Part shown: positions 20,465-36,740 of the stretch, piece by piece
How the letters are laid out: each line of letters begins with the position of its first letter
How positions within the stretch are numbered: position 1 is the stretch's first letter
Assembly (NCBI RefSeq): GCF_009914755.1
Contig: NC_060932.1
From: the human T2T-CHM13v2.0 reference genome, Homo sapiens
Length of the DNA stretch: 64,000 nt
Strand: one strand, 5' to 3'
Notes under the pieces: model-generated
The model's input: only the letters and a program-made list of their open reading frames with translations
What the model was told of the DNA's origin: nothing
Databases searched by the model: none
Translations under genes and position numbers: made by a program

Positions 20465-21600
20465 TGAATACTGATTTTAATTCCAAAGGCTCACAAATTA
20501 AAGAGCTTCCTTGAACCCTGGCCCTCAGGATTCTTTCAGTCTCCTGGTTTTTCTGTCTGCTTTGTCATTTCTCAGTGGAATGACTAAAGCCAGAACCTGC
20601 TGGGTTAGTGAATGGAAATAAAGTATTGGTGGATGTACTCTTCCTGCCCTGCCCGTCCAAGACTAGACTGTGGGGTTGGAATCCATGTTTCAATACCCAA
20701 ACACTGCACCAGCTCACGACTACAAAATTAGATGAGACCCAAAAAAATACAAAGAGTCAATATTCCAAGAAGATACTTGCGGTTACTGGGTCCAAGATGT
20801 TTGAATTATAGGTAGACTCTATCTCTGCCAGGGACTGAAATACGGCCAGGGCATAAAAAATAGCCTGTTTAAAAAAAAATCAATAAAAATCTCAGAAAGA
20901 GCACACTGTCCCTGGACCATTATATACAAAAAGAAATGACAAGTAAATGGAACAAAACAAAAGAAGTTTATAAACACAAATGCTTTTATTCCTCTCTCTG
21001 AAAATACAGACTGACACTGTACACTTGGCAGCTGTTTCCACAGCAGGGAAGCAGGGTCACAGGTCTGAAGCATGAGTTCTCTTCTGGAAACCACCTACTG
21101 ATTATAGGTGACAGTTGCATCACCTTGAAATGGAGGAACAAAGACTTTTTTTTGCCAGAATTTGGCATTGCTAGCACAAAGTGTTAGAAAACGGTGACAC
21201 ACAGAGTGGCTGGTAGAACTGCAGAGGAATTTCTGAAAGTGAGCCTTAGGCAAAAGGTTGGAAACTTGTGCTGGAAACTTACCTTATGATTAAGCATGTG
21301 ACTCCCACCTGACTTAATTCTCTTCCAGTCCCAAGGGTTCCAAGGCCAGAGAGAGGTCCTGGTCTTGATTGCTGGCATGTTTACTCTTCCAAGTACACTG
21401 AGATCAAATGCAAAGACAAACCATCAAAGGTAATTCTTTTCTTTGACATTGAATATACCTGGGATGGATTTTAAAGTAAAAATTTTTATTTCCTAGTGAA
21501 AAATAACAGATATGTAATCTTTGTATTTGGATTAAGTGTGAATGAAGGAAATAATGATCGAGGAAAGAACAAAGAACTGGGTGGTGGTGATGCAAGCTGA

Positions 21601-22026
<426 letters not shown>

Positions 22027-22271
22027 TAGAACTACATGGCCTCTGAGGGCCTTTCCAGCTCTGTTCTGTGAGTCAGTTTCTTATTTTTTATTTTTCATTG
22101 TTTAGGCAGTGCCAAAACAATAATGTCAGGTGGGTTAGGGTACAGATTTGCAAGACGTTCATCCTGAGGCTGGTAGCAGGCCCCAAAAAACTCTTACCTC
22201 ATCCATCATTTTTGCAAAGATGAATTCAGAGTAAGACAGACATCAAGGTAGGCATTCAGTATATATTTGTT

Positions 22272-22302
22272 GAATGAATGAATGAATGAATGAATGAATG
22301 AA
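22272..22302 (+). repeat. (GAAT)n at an L2 3' end
   Basis: gtaggcattcagtatatatttgttgaatgaatgaat. Confidence 0.8.
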
Positions 22303-22717
22303 TAACTCAGGCAGCCTTGAGGAGGAAGAGAAAGGAAACATTCTGCCAGAAGAAATACAAGAGGAAATGTATTTGGGACAGGGGATGGATTTGCTTGATG
22401 ATAATGGTTGGGGGGCAGTTTTATAGACATTTTCAGCTGCAGCTGAACTTTAGGCCTGGGCAGTGTTAGGGTTAGGGCTAGTTTACAGAGCACTCCTTAT
22501 CTATAGAGTAGGGTGAAATGATTGCTGGCAAGGCTGCCAAGAAATACAGTTCTTCCAGGTACAGGTGGCTTAACTACAAGATAATGGTACTCTTTTTCTC
22601 CTCAATTTAATAATGAGTATTAATTAGGATTTGATCTGGCTGAGTGTCATAGAAACTCAAAATAATAGTGACTAAATGATATATATGTTTATTTTTCTCT
22701 CCCATAAAAGAAATCTG

Positions 22718-22882
<165 letters not shown>

Positions 22883-22997
22883 AGAATTCTGGGTGGGCAA
22901 GATAGGGCAGGTTCAGAGCCTCCATGGTTTCAGGGATTCAGGCTCCTTTAACCTCAGCACATGGCTTGTACTTCAAGATTAATTATGGCTGCTTGAC

Positions 22998-23107
22998 GAC
23001 TGGTCCGAAGGTAGTGAGTTATGTCAATTGATTGTCCACAGTCAGTTACAGATCAGACTCCTTATTCTACTCTATCCCCCTTCTCACTAATGCACTCGAC
23101 AGGTCTT
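22998..23107 (+). pseudogene. Y1 RNA (RNY1) processed pseudogene
   Basis: gactggtccgaaggtagtgagttatgtcaattgattgtccacagtcagttacagatc...gcactcgacaggtctt is about 90% identical to recalled RNY1; short A-rich tail; tggctgcttga repeated at 22986 and 23121. Confidence 0.92.
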
Positions 23108-23248
23108 GAAAAATAGTATGTGGCTGCTTGAATTCAGCGATCCCATCAGTATCACAGCCAGCAGGGAAAAGAAAAGACCAATAAAGGGCTCACCTCCGCA
23201 CTCCCCATTCATGACACTTCCTGGAAGTTGAACTTGACACTTCTATTT

Positions 23249-23393
23249 TCTTTTTTCCTTTTTTTGTATTTTTAGTAGAGACGGGGATTCACCATCTTGG
23301 CCAGGCTGGTTTCGAACTCCTGACCTCAGGTGATCCACCCGTCTCAGCCTCCCAAAGTGCTGGGATTACAGGCAGGAGCCACCGCACCGAGCC
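23249..23393 (-). mobile_element. Alu left arm only, flanked by a 14-bp TSD
   Basis: tgacacttctattt at 23235 and 23394. Confidence 0.85.
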
Positions 23394-24461
23394 TGACACT
23401 TCTATTTACATCCCATTGACTAGAACCTAGTTACTTGGCCAAACTTAGGTGTCATGGAGACTGGGAAATGCAGCTTTTCTTCATAATAGCTGTGTGCCTA
23501 GCTATCAGGGTTGGGTTTTGTTTATTTGTTTGTTTGTTTGTTTTACTTAGAGAGAAAGGGAGAAGTGATACTAGGAAATAGTAGCTTCTGCCACTTTGAG
23601 AGATGACAGACTTATTCCAACCACATGATGATGCCCCCATTGCTCAATTCCTTTGGCCTGGATCACTTAAAATTGCCCATCAGGGTCCATAGGAACTATT
23701 TTCGGTATTCTTTGATTTTAAAAGTAGTTCAAGTCCACACAGGACAGCTGTGATGAGTAGTCGGCCGGGGGTGGGGGCGGGTGATAAAACTGAATATGAC
23801 CATAAGAATAATATATGGGCTTCTGCTTCTGGGTATTATAGATAATTCTGGGTATTATGACCATTCCTGCAGAAAATAACTCTAAAATCTGGACATGATA
23901 CACAAAGTGACTGCCTAAAGGAGCTGAAGAGAGGACATAAGTGGATCGCCTCTGCTGTTGCATGTTGGCTTGGAGAACAGAAGATGAGGAGCCAAATAAG
24001 CAAGTCCTTCAGCCCCAGGCTTCTAGCACGGGGCTGCATGTAGGCTATGCATTCTGGGGAGTGAGGAGATCATGAAAGCTGAAAATAAATGAAGGAATCC
24101 AGAAAAGCAAGAGTCAAAGAAGGCATCTGCAGGCCAAATCTCTGATCAACCCCTGACCCACATACACACAAAATACACTCAAAGCAGCTCAGCTAAAGAC
24201 AAAGATCTGCACTCAGAGTAGAGCTGCCTCCCCAGAAACAGAGCTCGCAGTTCAGGCCCAGCAAGAAAATTACCTGCAAAACAAAGGAAAAACAACACTC
24301 ATCAGAGAAAAAGAACAGAATCTGGAATCTTCACAACCTAGCATTCATCATATCCAAGATTGAAACCCAAATTATGGGACATATTTAAAAACCAGGAAAA
24401 TGGAACGTAGTCTTAAGAGAAAAGTCAATCAAATCTGACCTGGAGATGAATAATATATTGA

Positions 24462-25094
<633 letters not shown>

Positions 25095-26029
25095 GGCAAG
25101 GGCTTGAAAGTGTTATGTTATTTTATAGTTTTAGGAGGTTTTGTAGCTCTCTATGATGAAGTTTAAAAATTAAGAAAAAAAGCTTGTTTTTGATTAATCG
25201 AAATCTCAGCACAGAAATGGGACATTTCATCAGAGAAATAGATACAATGAAGAAGAGCCAAATGGAAAGCCCCCTTTTTTGGTTGCTCTTTTTCTGCTTT
25301 CAAGGTTTATATTAGCTTGACTTAGATGTGCCTTGGAGTGGACTTCGTTATGTCCCTTCTGCTTAGTGTTTGTCTAATATCTTGAATCTGCAAATCTCTG
25401 ACTTTCATTACAGCTGGGAAGTGTTTGGTTATTATTTCTTTAAATATTTTTTCTACTTGAGTTTCTTCTCTCCCTCTGAGATTTCAATTACATGTATGTT
25501 TGTTTGATATCATCTAACAAGTCTCTGAGATTTTGTTCATTATGTTCTAAGTCTTTTTCCACTCTGTTACTCATTTTGAGTAATTTTGATTGATCTGTCT
25601 TAAAATTTACTCTTTCCTTTAACATGTCCACTTGGCTGTTAACTCCATCTGGTGAATTTTCTACTTAAGAAATTATACTTTTCAGCTGTAGAATTTACAT
25701 GAAGAAGTACATTATCAACTGTAAATGGGCCATGAAAAGTTAAGGTTGAATTTTGTAATTTATAAATCAACTATTAAACAGTGCAGAATAGCTGTAAAGC
25801 ATCAGGAAAATTAAAATAGAATATATCTTAAAATATTAAGTAATTTTTAAAGGCGGGAAATAAGAAATGAAGAAACAAATGTCAGAGGAGACAAATAGAA
25901 AACAAAATAAAACAAAAATGATAGACTCATACCCAACCATTTCAAAAATTACATTGAACATTTATGAGCTAAACACTCCAATTAAAAGACAGAGATTAAT
26001 AATTGTTTTTAAATGGATACAAAAACAAT

Positions 26030-27012
26030 TATAACATCTCACCAAAGAAGATACACAGATGCCAAAAAATTTGAAAAGCTGTTTAATAGTATATGTTATT
26101 AGGTAATTACAAATTAAAACAACAATGAGATACCACTACACATCTACTAGAATAGCCAAAATTCAAAATGCTAACAACACCAAATGCTGGTAAGGATGTG
26201 GAACAACAGAAACTGTCATTCATTGTTGATGGGAATGCAAAATGGTTTGGCCACTTTGAAAGACAGTTTTGACAGTTTCTTGCAAAACGAAACATACTTT
26301 TACCATATGATTCAACAATCTTACTCCTGGGTATTTACCCAAATGAGCTGAAAACTTATGTCCACACAAAACCCTGCACATGGATGTTTATAGCAACTTT
26401 ATTCATAATTGCCAAAAGCTGGAAGCAATCAAGATGTCCTTCAGTAGGCAAATGGATAAACCGTGATATATCCAGACAATGGAATATTATTCAGTGTTAA
26501 AAAGAAATGAGCTGTCAAGCCATGAAGACATGGAGGAATGTTAAATGCATATTACTAACTGAAAAAAGCCAATTTGAAAGGGCTGTGTACTGGATGGGTC
26601 AAACTATACGACATTCTGGAAAAGGCAAAACCATGGAGACAAAAAGATCAGTAGTTGCCAAGGGTTGGGCAGAGGCAAGGATGAATAGATGAAACATAGA
26701 AGATTTTTAAAGGAGTGTAACTATTCTATATGATACTGTCATGGTGGCTATATGTACATAAATACATTAGACATTTGTCAAAACTCATAGAATGTATAAT
26801 ACCAAGAGCAAACTCTAATGTAAACTACGGACTTTGGATAATAATGATACATCAGTGTAGGTTCATTGATTGTAGCAAATGCACCACTCTGGTATGGGAT
26901 GTTGATAGTGGGGAGGCCATATGTGTAGGGGTAGGGGGTGTGTGGGAACTGTCTGTACTTTCATCTCAATTTAGCTGTGAATCTAAAACTGCTCTAAAAA
27001 AATAAAATCCAT
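26030..27012 (+). mobile_element. L1MC1-like 3' end nested in the older L1
   Basis: aaactcatagaatgtataataccaagag...gctgtgaatctaaaactgctctaaaaaataaa. Confidence 0.75.
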
Positions 27013-28492
27013 TTTTTAAAAACCTAAATATAAACTATGTGCAAAGACATACTTTCAATATAAAGACAGAAGGAAACCAAATATAGATGGATAGAAAAAG
27101 ATATATCATGTAAATAGTAAGCACAAGAAAGCTGGAGTGGCTACATTAGTATCAAATAAAAATAGATTTCTAAAAAAAAGTATCATAAAAGATAAAGAAG
27201 GGCACTTTAGAAGAAGAAAAGGAATAATTGATCAAGATGACATAAAATTTACAAATTTATTTGTGCCTAATAATAGTCTCAAATTACATAAGGCAAAAAC
27301 TGATAGAATGAAAGGAAGAAATAGGCAATTATAATTGGAAATTTTAATGTCTCTCAGAAGTTGATAGAGTAACCAACAAAAAATCAGCAGACAGAAAACC
27401 TGAACAACATTATCAGTCACTTTGACCTAATTAATATTTTTAGAACATTTCACTCAGCAATAGCAAAATGCACATTCTTTTCAAGTGCACATGGAATGCT
27501 TACCAAGATAGACCACATTCTGGACCATAAAAAAGTTTTAATAAATATTAAAAAGGTTGAAATCAAATAGTTTGTTCTCTGACCACAATGAAATTAAATT
27601 GGAAACCAAAAACAATAAGATAACTAGGAAAACCCCAAGCATTTGGAAACTAAGCAACACACTTCTAAATATTTATTGGGCTAAAGACTAAATCACAAGA
27701 GAGATTGAAAATATTTTGCCCTGATGATAATATAAATACACATTTCAAAATTTGTGCAATGTAGCTAACATAGCACTTTGAGGGAAATTTACAGTTTTGA
27801 AAGCCTATACGAAGTGGGGAAAGTTCTTAAATCAATGATCTTAATTTTCACTGTTAAAAAATAGAAAAAAAAGAGTAAATTGAACTCAAAGCAAGCAGAG
27901 GAAGAAAATAATAAAGATAATGACAGACATCAATGAATTAGAGAACGAAAAAAAGAGATAAAAAAATCATTAAAAGCAAAAAGCAGTCCTTTGAAAAAAC
28001 TAATAAAATTGATAAATCTCAAGCCTGACTGGCAAAGAAAAAAAAATGAACAATATCAAGAATGAGAGAAGGGACATTATTACTTTGGATATTAAAAGAA
28101 TAACAATTCTCTATTGTTATGAACAACTTTATGACATTAAATGTGTCACAGATGAAATGAACACATTCTGGGAAATACATAAATTATAAATCTAATCAAA
28201 GATGAAATAGAAAGCTTGAACAGCCCTGTATCAATTAAAGATATTGAATTTGTAATTAAAAACTTACTGAGAGAATTCTGGGTTTAGATGCTTCATTGAT
28301 GAATTCTGACAAACATTTATGAAAAAATAATACCAATCCTACAAAAACTGTTTAAGAAAATAAAGGAGGAGGCATGATTTTATGATGCAGTATTATTCTA
28401 ATTCTACAGCCAGATGAAGACATCTTAAGAAAAAAACTACAGTCCAATATCCCTCATGAATATAAATGCAAAAATCCTCAACAAAATATTAG

Positions 28493-28867
<375 letters not shown>

Positions 28868-28940
28868 AATGCAAAGTTGTTTTAACAGCTGACAGTTAAT
28901 CAATGTAATTCAACAAATTAATAGAATAAAGACAAAAACA

Positions 28941-29175
28941 CAGACACAGTGGTGCAATGTAGCTAACATAGTACTTAGAGGGAAATTTATCATTTTGAAA
29001 GCCTATAAGAAGGGGGTAAAAGGTCTTTTAGTCCTAGCCACTCAGGAGACTGAGGCAGGAGGTTTGTTGGAGACCAGGAGTTCAAGGCTATAGTGCACTA
29101 TCATTGCACCTGTGAATAGCCACTGCATTCCAGCCTGGGCAACATAGCAAGATCCTGTCTCTTAAAGAAAAAAAG
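28941..29175 (+). mobile_element. Alu monomer (FAM-like) interrupted by a copied L1 segment
   Basis: cagacacagtggtgca[insert]tagtcctagccactcaggag...gcacctgtgaatagccactgc. Confidence 0.75.
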
Positions 29176-30324
29176 GAAGAAGGTGAAAACAATATGATCA
29201 GTTCAATAGGTGCAGCAATAGCATTTGTCAAAATTCAACTCCTTTTTATCATTAAAAAATCTTTCAGCAAATTAAGAATAAATTAAAACTTCTTCAACCT
29301 GATTAAGGGCATCTACAAAATCTGTCAGCTAACATCCTACTACAATGTGAAAAATCAATGCTTTCTACCTAAGACGAGGTAGAGGGCAAGGATGTTGGCT
29401 CTCATCATTTTTATTTAACTTAAATTGTATAGGAGTGCCTAGTCAGTGCAACAAAGCAAGGGAAAAATAAGGCATACATGCTAGAAAGAAATAAGTAAAA
29501 TTGTCCTTATCTACAAGTGACATTGTATAGAAAACCCTAAGAAACCCACAATAAAAGCTATTAGAGGTACAAGGTTGCAGGATAAAATATACAAAAATCA
29601 ATTCAAGGTTGCAGGATAAAATATACAAAAATCAATTCTGTCTCACATACTAGCAACTAACATTTAGAAAGTTAAGTTATAAGACACTTTGTTTACAATA
29701 GCATAAAATACTTAGCAAAAGACATGTATGACCTGTAGGCTGAAAACAATAAAACATGACAGGAAGATCTGCATAAATGAACAGCTATACCGTGTTCATG
29801 GATTCAAAGTCTCAATATTGTTAAGCTGGCAATCCTTTTTGAATTATTCAATAAATTCAATGCAATTCCCACGAAAATCGTAACTTTTTTTTTGAAAAAA
29901 ATTTGCAAGAGTATTTTAAATTTTATATGGGAAGTCAAAGGACCTAGTATAGCCACATCGTTTTGAAAGAGGAGAACAATATTGGAACACTTCAGCTACC
30001 TGATTTCAAGAACAATATGTGGCTCTGAAGGAATGAACCAATTTTATTCTTTGATCTATAAATTGGCATTTAAATAATTTCCAAATGAGGAGAGATGGGT
30101 AGCTCTGAGATAAGCATGTGACTTCCCAAGGTGGCCAATTTGAAGGGTAATTCTCCTTTGGGATGATTGCTAAGGGAAAAAAAAAAATCCATGTTGAACA
30201 TAAGGTTTGTAATCAAGACAACTGGATTTAAATATTGGATGCACCATTCAGCTCTCTAAAACTGAGTATCTTCATCTTAAAATGGGATGTGCAGTGTAAG
30301 GATTAAGGCAGTAAAGTATAGAGG

Positions 30325-30930
30325 CTAAGCCGTGTGCTATAGCACTGGAGCTATCTTACCCAGGTTTGAATCTAGCTTGGCCATTTTCTAGCTATGTGGC
30401 CTTGGGTATGTTTAACCTTACTTTGCTTCATCTTGCTCATTTGTACAAGCACTGCTCGTTTTATTGCATTTCACTTTATTGCACTTCACATATATTGCAT
30501 TTCTTACAAATTGAAAGTTTTTGGCAACCTTGTGTGGGATAAGTCTATTGGTGCCATTTTTCTAACAGCATGTACTCACTTCATGTCTCTGTGTCAGCAT
30601 TTTTTAGCAATAAAGTATTTTTTAAATCAAGGAATGTACATTTTTTGGACATAATGCTATTGCACACTTAACAGACTATCATATAGTGTAAACATAACTT
30701 TTATATGCACCGAGAAACCAAAAATTTTGTGTGATTCGCTATATTGCAATATTCACTTTATTGCAGTGGTGTGCAATGGAACCTGCAATATTTCTGAGGT
30801 ATGCCTGTAAACGAGAATACTAAAAGTGCCTAGCCATAGGGTTGTGGTGAACAGTAAATGAGTTAATAAATCTAAAGCACTTAGAACAGAATCTGAGCAC
30901 ATAAAAAGTGCTCTATAAGTATTACCCACT
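30325..30930. mobile_element. MIR split by Tigger1
   Basis: ccaggtttgaatctagc...catttgta | aacgagaatactaaaagtgcct. Confidence 0.65.
30446..30807 (+). mobile_element. Tigger1 internal-deletion derivative (TcMar-Tigger)
   Basis: both termini (ctcgttttattgc...; ...gcaatatttctgaggtatgcctg) with TA target duplication. Confidence 0.85.
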
Positions 30931-31166
30931 GTTATTTTTTTCCTGGTGCTATGAGGCCCGAATGTGGTTACTTTCGTTAACCACCAAGCGTAGTTCCTAG
31001 TATCCAACAAATGTTAGTGCCCATCCCTCTGCAGAGCATAAGTAGCATTCTGGGGGTAGCGTTTGACACTGAAGGATGTATTTCGCAATCTTATAGGCAA
31101 TCTTGAGTTTCAACAGCTTAAATTTTCTTTCCTTGCTATTTTTCCAATGTTTAAAGAATACCTTCT

Positions 31167-31622
<456 letters not shown>

Positions 31623-32074
31623 TCATTGTATTCAGCAGCCCACTGACCCAGAGACTAACAAATAAGGGCTGCCTCCTTCCCTCTCTTTTCATTCTCCTCC
31701 TCCTCCTTCTTGTGTCACAGGCAGGCATAAATTACAGGGCACCAAAAAATAGTAGATTTTATTCTCTCTATGTTCTGTATCAAATGCAATACCAAGTAGT
31801 GTCCAACTATGATCCTCCTGCCCTCTGCTTGAAGGAAAACTCAGTTCTGTGAACGATTCTGAGCCCCAGAATTGGCATTACGAAATTTCTCAGTCACTGG
31901 GGACAGACAACAGCAGGGTTGCCCATAACTTACAGCTGGCCTCTGAGTGTACCATTTTAGAACCACACCAAGGGAGAGGACATGTTTCCATTTCTTTAAT
32001 AACTTTCATCAGAGCATAAATTGTGATTGCATAATAACTATTCATATCATCATTAGGGATGCTGAAGTGTTGTG

Positions 32075-32395
<321 letters not shown>

Positions 32396-32790
32396 TGAAA
32401 TACAAAAAGCAAGAAAGAGTTTAAACCCAGTGACATTAATCAGAGGAACTGCAGACATCCCACAGTCTATGCCTTTCTTGGAGATCTGCAGCCAGGCTCT
32501 GAGATGGAGAAACAGATCTTGGTTCTGCTTCCATGAGAGGGACAAAGCATTATATGTTGTGGGGTAAGATGTGTCTGGGGATCTCTGGTCTGTCTTGGAC
32601 ATTTTTCCCTAAAAGCCCTCATAAGTTTACTTCACAAAGACAACACTTCCCTTCACTGTGTCCACTCAGCCTGGCCCAAAGCCCCAGCTGCCATGCCAGT
32701 CAGGGCAGCAAACCCAGTAAACAACATAAAGCAAAACCAGCCAACACACAAGCATCTTTGCAGAGATGCCCTTTGGGTCCCATATGTTAA

Positions 32791-33283
<493 letters not shown>

Positions 33284-33616
33284 TTTTTCCTTTACTTTCA
33301 ACCATTTTAGTGGCCCCACCCTGTGCCTTTCTGCACTAATAGTAGTAAGATTCTTCCCGGCAGCCCGTCCTGTCTACCAGAGAAGGAAAACTTTCCCATT
33401 CTCACCCTTTTCTCCTGCCTCTCCCGCTCCTGTCTTCCCTCAGAATAACCGACTGGGAATAAAGACCTTTCTCACCAGCAGAGGCTGAGCGTTCCTCTGA
33501 AGGGAACCGCAGCTCTGACAGGGTTATGTTTGCATTATCAATGACACTTCAATCACATTGCCATAGTGTTCCAAACAGACTGTGGGAGGAACTTGAACTT
33601 AAAAGAAAAATTATCT

Positions 33617-33685
33617 CAGGAGTTCAAGGCTGCAGCAAGCTATGATCATGCCACTGCACAGAGCAAGACCCTGTCTCTTAAAAGA
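33617..33685 (+). mobile_element. 5'-truncated Alu fragment
   Basis: caggagttcaaggctgcag...; TSD ttaaaagaaaa(a)ttatct. Confidence 0.75.
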
Positions 33686-33912
33686 AAATTATCTGCCAAG
33701 AGTCAACTTTTCTTTAGCTATTTGAAATTCTTCATAAAAGAATCTCAATTCCAGCCTCACTATACTTTTACTAATTGTTTATTTTCCCACTTCAAAATAC
33801 TGTTTATGTCTACCATGTGTCAACATTCTGGACCCTGGGAACTTTCTGGCTAAGTAGACTAAAGATAATTTATAAAGAGGTAGTCGAAGTCTGCTACATA
33901 AAAGAGAGATCT

Positions 33913-34220
<308 letters not shown>

Positions 34221-34426
34221 TCAATGTAAATCTCCATTATGCGTTTTCTGATTCTTTCTGGAACAACTAAAATGTAGTCACATATATCTTTATTCCCCTA
34301 CAGCTTCAAGAATGAAGTTAATGTTGAAAACAATTCTGTGTGCTTCACCACTGGCTCTTTCATTCATTCAGCAAATAGTTATTGTATATAAAACAAGAAC
34401 CAGGCACTGTGCTGGGCACTAAGCTA

Positions 34427-34766
<340 letters not shown>

Positions 34767-34812
34767 ACGAGTGTTCCTGCCTTTAAAGAACTTATATTCT
34801 AGTGAAAGATAG

Positions 34813-35131
<319 letters not shown>

Positions 35132-35859
35132 GGGAAGAGATAATTATAAAATAAGATTGGTAAATGCTTCGTTAGCAGAGTTAACAAGTGCTATAGGAGC
35201 CCTGGGAAGGACAGCGATAACATGGGTGTAGGATGCCTGCATCCATCACCAATTGTGAGCGCCCACTGTGTGCCAAGCATGTTGGAGGAACAGTGAAATC
35301 GAAACAGATTCCCTGTCTTCATGGAGCTTATGTTCTAGCAAGGGAGACAGGCAGTAACAAAGAAGATGTAACATCAAGATGCAGGATGGTGTCATAGAAG
35401 GGAGGTTTGGAGAAGGATTCCAGTCTGCTGGAAAAAGCGCTAGAATAAGGACAGGTGGCTGGAGAGGAGGTGGGTGGGAGGCAGGAATGGGTGAGGAAGG
35501 GCATGAGAGATGCTCTAAAGGGAGTTGCTAGGTGTAGCTGGATCGCAGATGAGATGATAGGGATAGGTGTTTGTTTGTTTGTTTGTTTTTTCCTTGCGAC
35601 AGAGTTTGGAGGAAAATTCATTGCCTGGTTGTCAGAGCCTAAAGGGACATTAAAAGCTAAAGATGAACATACTCCCTTGTTTTATGGATAAAGAAAACAA
35701 GACTCAGAGAGGGTGAAATAACTTGTTCCAAGTTACTCAGCTAGTTGGAGGCATAACCAGAGCCCAGTTTTCTGTGCAGCGCAGTCCAGGCCTCCCCTAG
35801 TCTCAGGAGGCAGAAGCGGTTTAGGGGAAAGAGCATGCCCTTTGCAGGGCCGCCTGGGT

Positions 35860-36740
35860 CCCCTGACCCCGTCACACACCGCCCCCTCCTGCTGCTTCTC
35901 TGAACAGCAGCTCCCGGGGCCTCTTCCCGCGGCTTCCCTTCCAGCCCCGGACCCAGCGGGCGGAGAGGGCGACGTCCGCGGATCGCGGAGTCCCGGGGGC
36001 GCCCGCAGGCCTAGCGCCCTCCACCTGCTGCCCCGTGCCACCTAGGAGTTTCCTTGCCGGGCGAGGAGGCGCCGCTGCCCGGGCTCCCCGCAGCCCCGCA
36101 CGCCCCAGGGGCTCCGCATCTCCAGGCGGCAGCACCCGCGGGGCCCTGCAATCCGCGGAGAAGTTGGCGGCATCTGAAGCCACCTCCTTACCCGCTTTCC
36201 CAGCGGCGGGGACCCTACGGCCGGGCGCCCCACCCCGCCCTCCCTCGCCCCACCCTTCCTCCCGCCCCACCGCCTCCCCGCCCAGGGTCTGGGCACAGCC
36301 GCCCGCCGCCCAGCACAGGAGGGTGCAGCCCCGGCCCCAAGTTCTGCGCCATGGGAGGCTCCCACTCTCAGACCCCGAGGGGCCGGGAACCCGCCGGGGA
36401 GAGGCACCCGAGACCCACGGAGACCGCGTGAGTCCCAGAGCCCTCTCCAAGGGCCGCCTTTGGGGGTTTGCGTGCCAGCCCGGGATGGAGCGCGCTGGGG
36501 CCCGTCCCAGAAAGGCTGGGAAGGTGGGGTTCCCGCTGGCGGCAGCGGGGCACGAGCGCTCGGCAGCGGGGCACGAGAGTTTGGCCAGCAGGGCCCCAGG
36601 GGCGTCCGGCTGGGAGCGTCCTGCCAGGACCCCACCGCGACCGGATCGCGTCCGGGCGTGACCGTGGTCCTGCCCCAGTACACGCTGTACTGGGGAGACA
36701 AGGGGACTCCGGCCTCGTCCAAGCAGAAAACGCACGTGTC
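35860..36740. promoter_or_regulatory. CpG island promoter, probably the upstream TACC1 promoter and possibly bidirectional
   Basis: very high GC and CpG density; GC boxes (ccccgccc) at 36230-36285; splice donors facing away on both strands. Confidence 0.9.
36351..36427 (+). CDS. TACC1: Coding part of an alternative first exon of transforming acidic coiled-coil protein 1: MGGSHSQTPRGREPAGERHPRPTET(A), phase 2
   Basis: strong Kozak gcgccATGG; 25 codons plus GC, then donor GC|GTGAGT; peptide matches my recollection of a TACC1 isoform N-terminus and resembles the TACC2 short-isoform start MGGSQS; phase 2 fits recalled TACC1 junctions. Not database-verified. Confidence 0.72.

Noticed and set aside
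22998-23107. Functional Y RNA gene
   Set aside because: About 10% diverged, flanked by a TSD, no T-run terminator and no upstream Pol III elements seen
29570-29637. Exact 34-bp tandem duplication caaggttgcaggataaaatatacaaaaatcaatt
   Set aside because: Inside a dead L1; probably a recent neutral indel
36012-36034. CTCF-like motif in the CpG island
   Set aside because: Partial match only; expected by chance in GC-rich DNA
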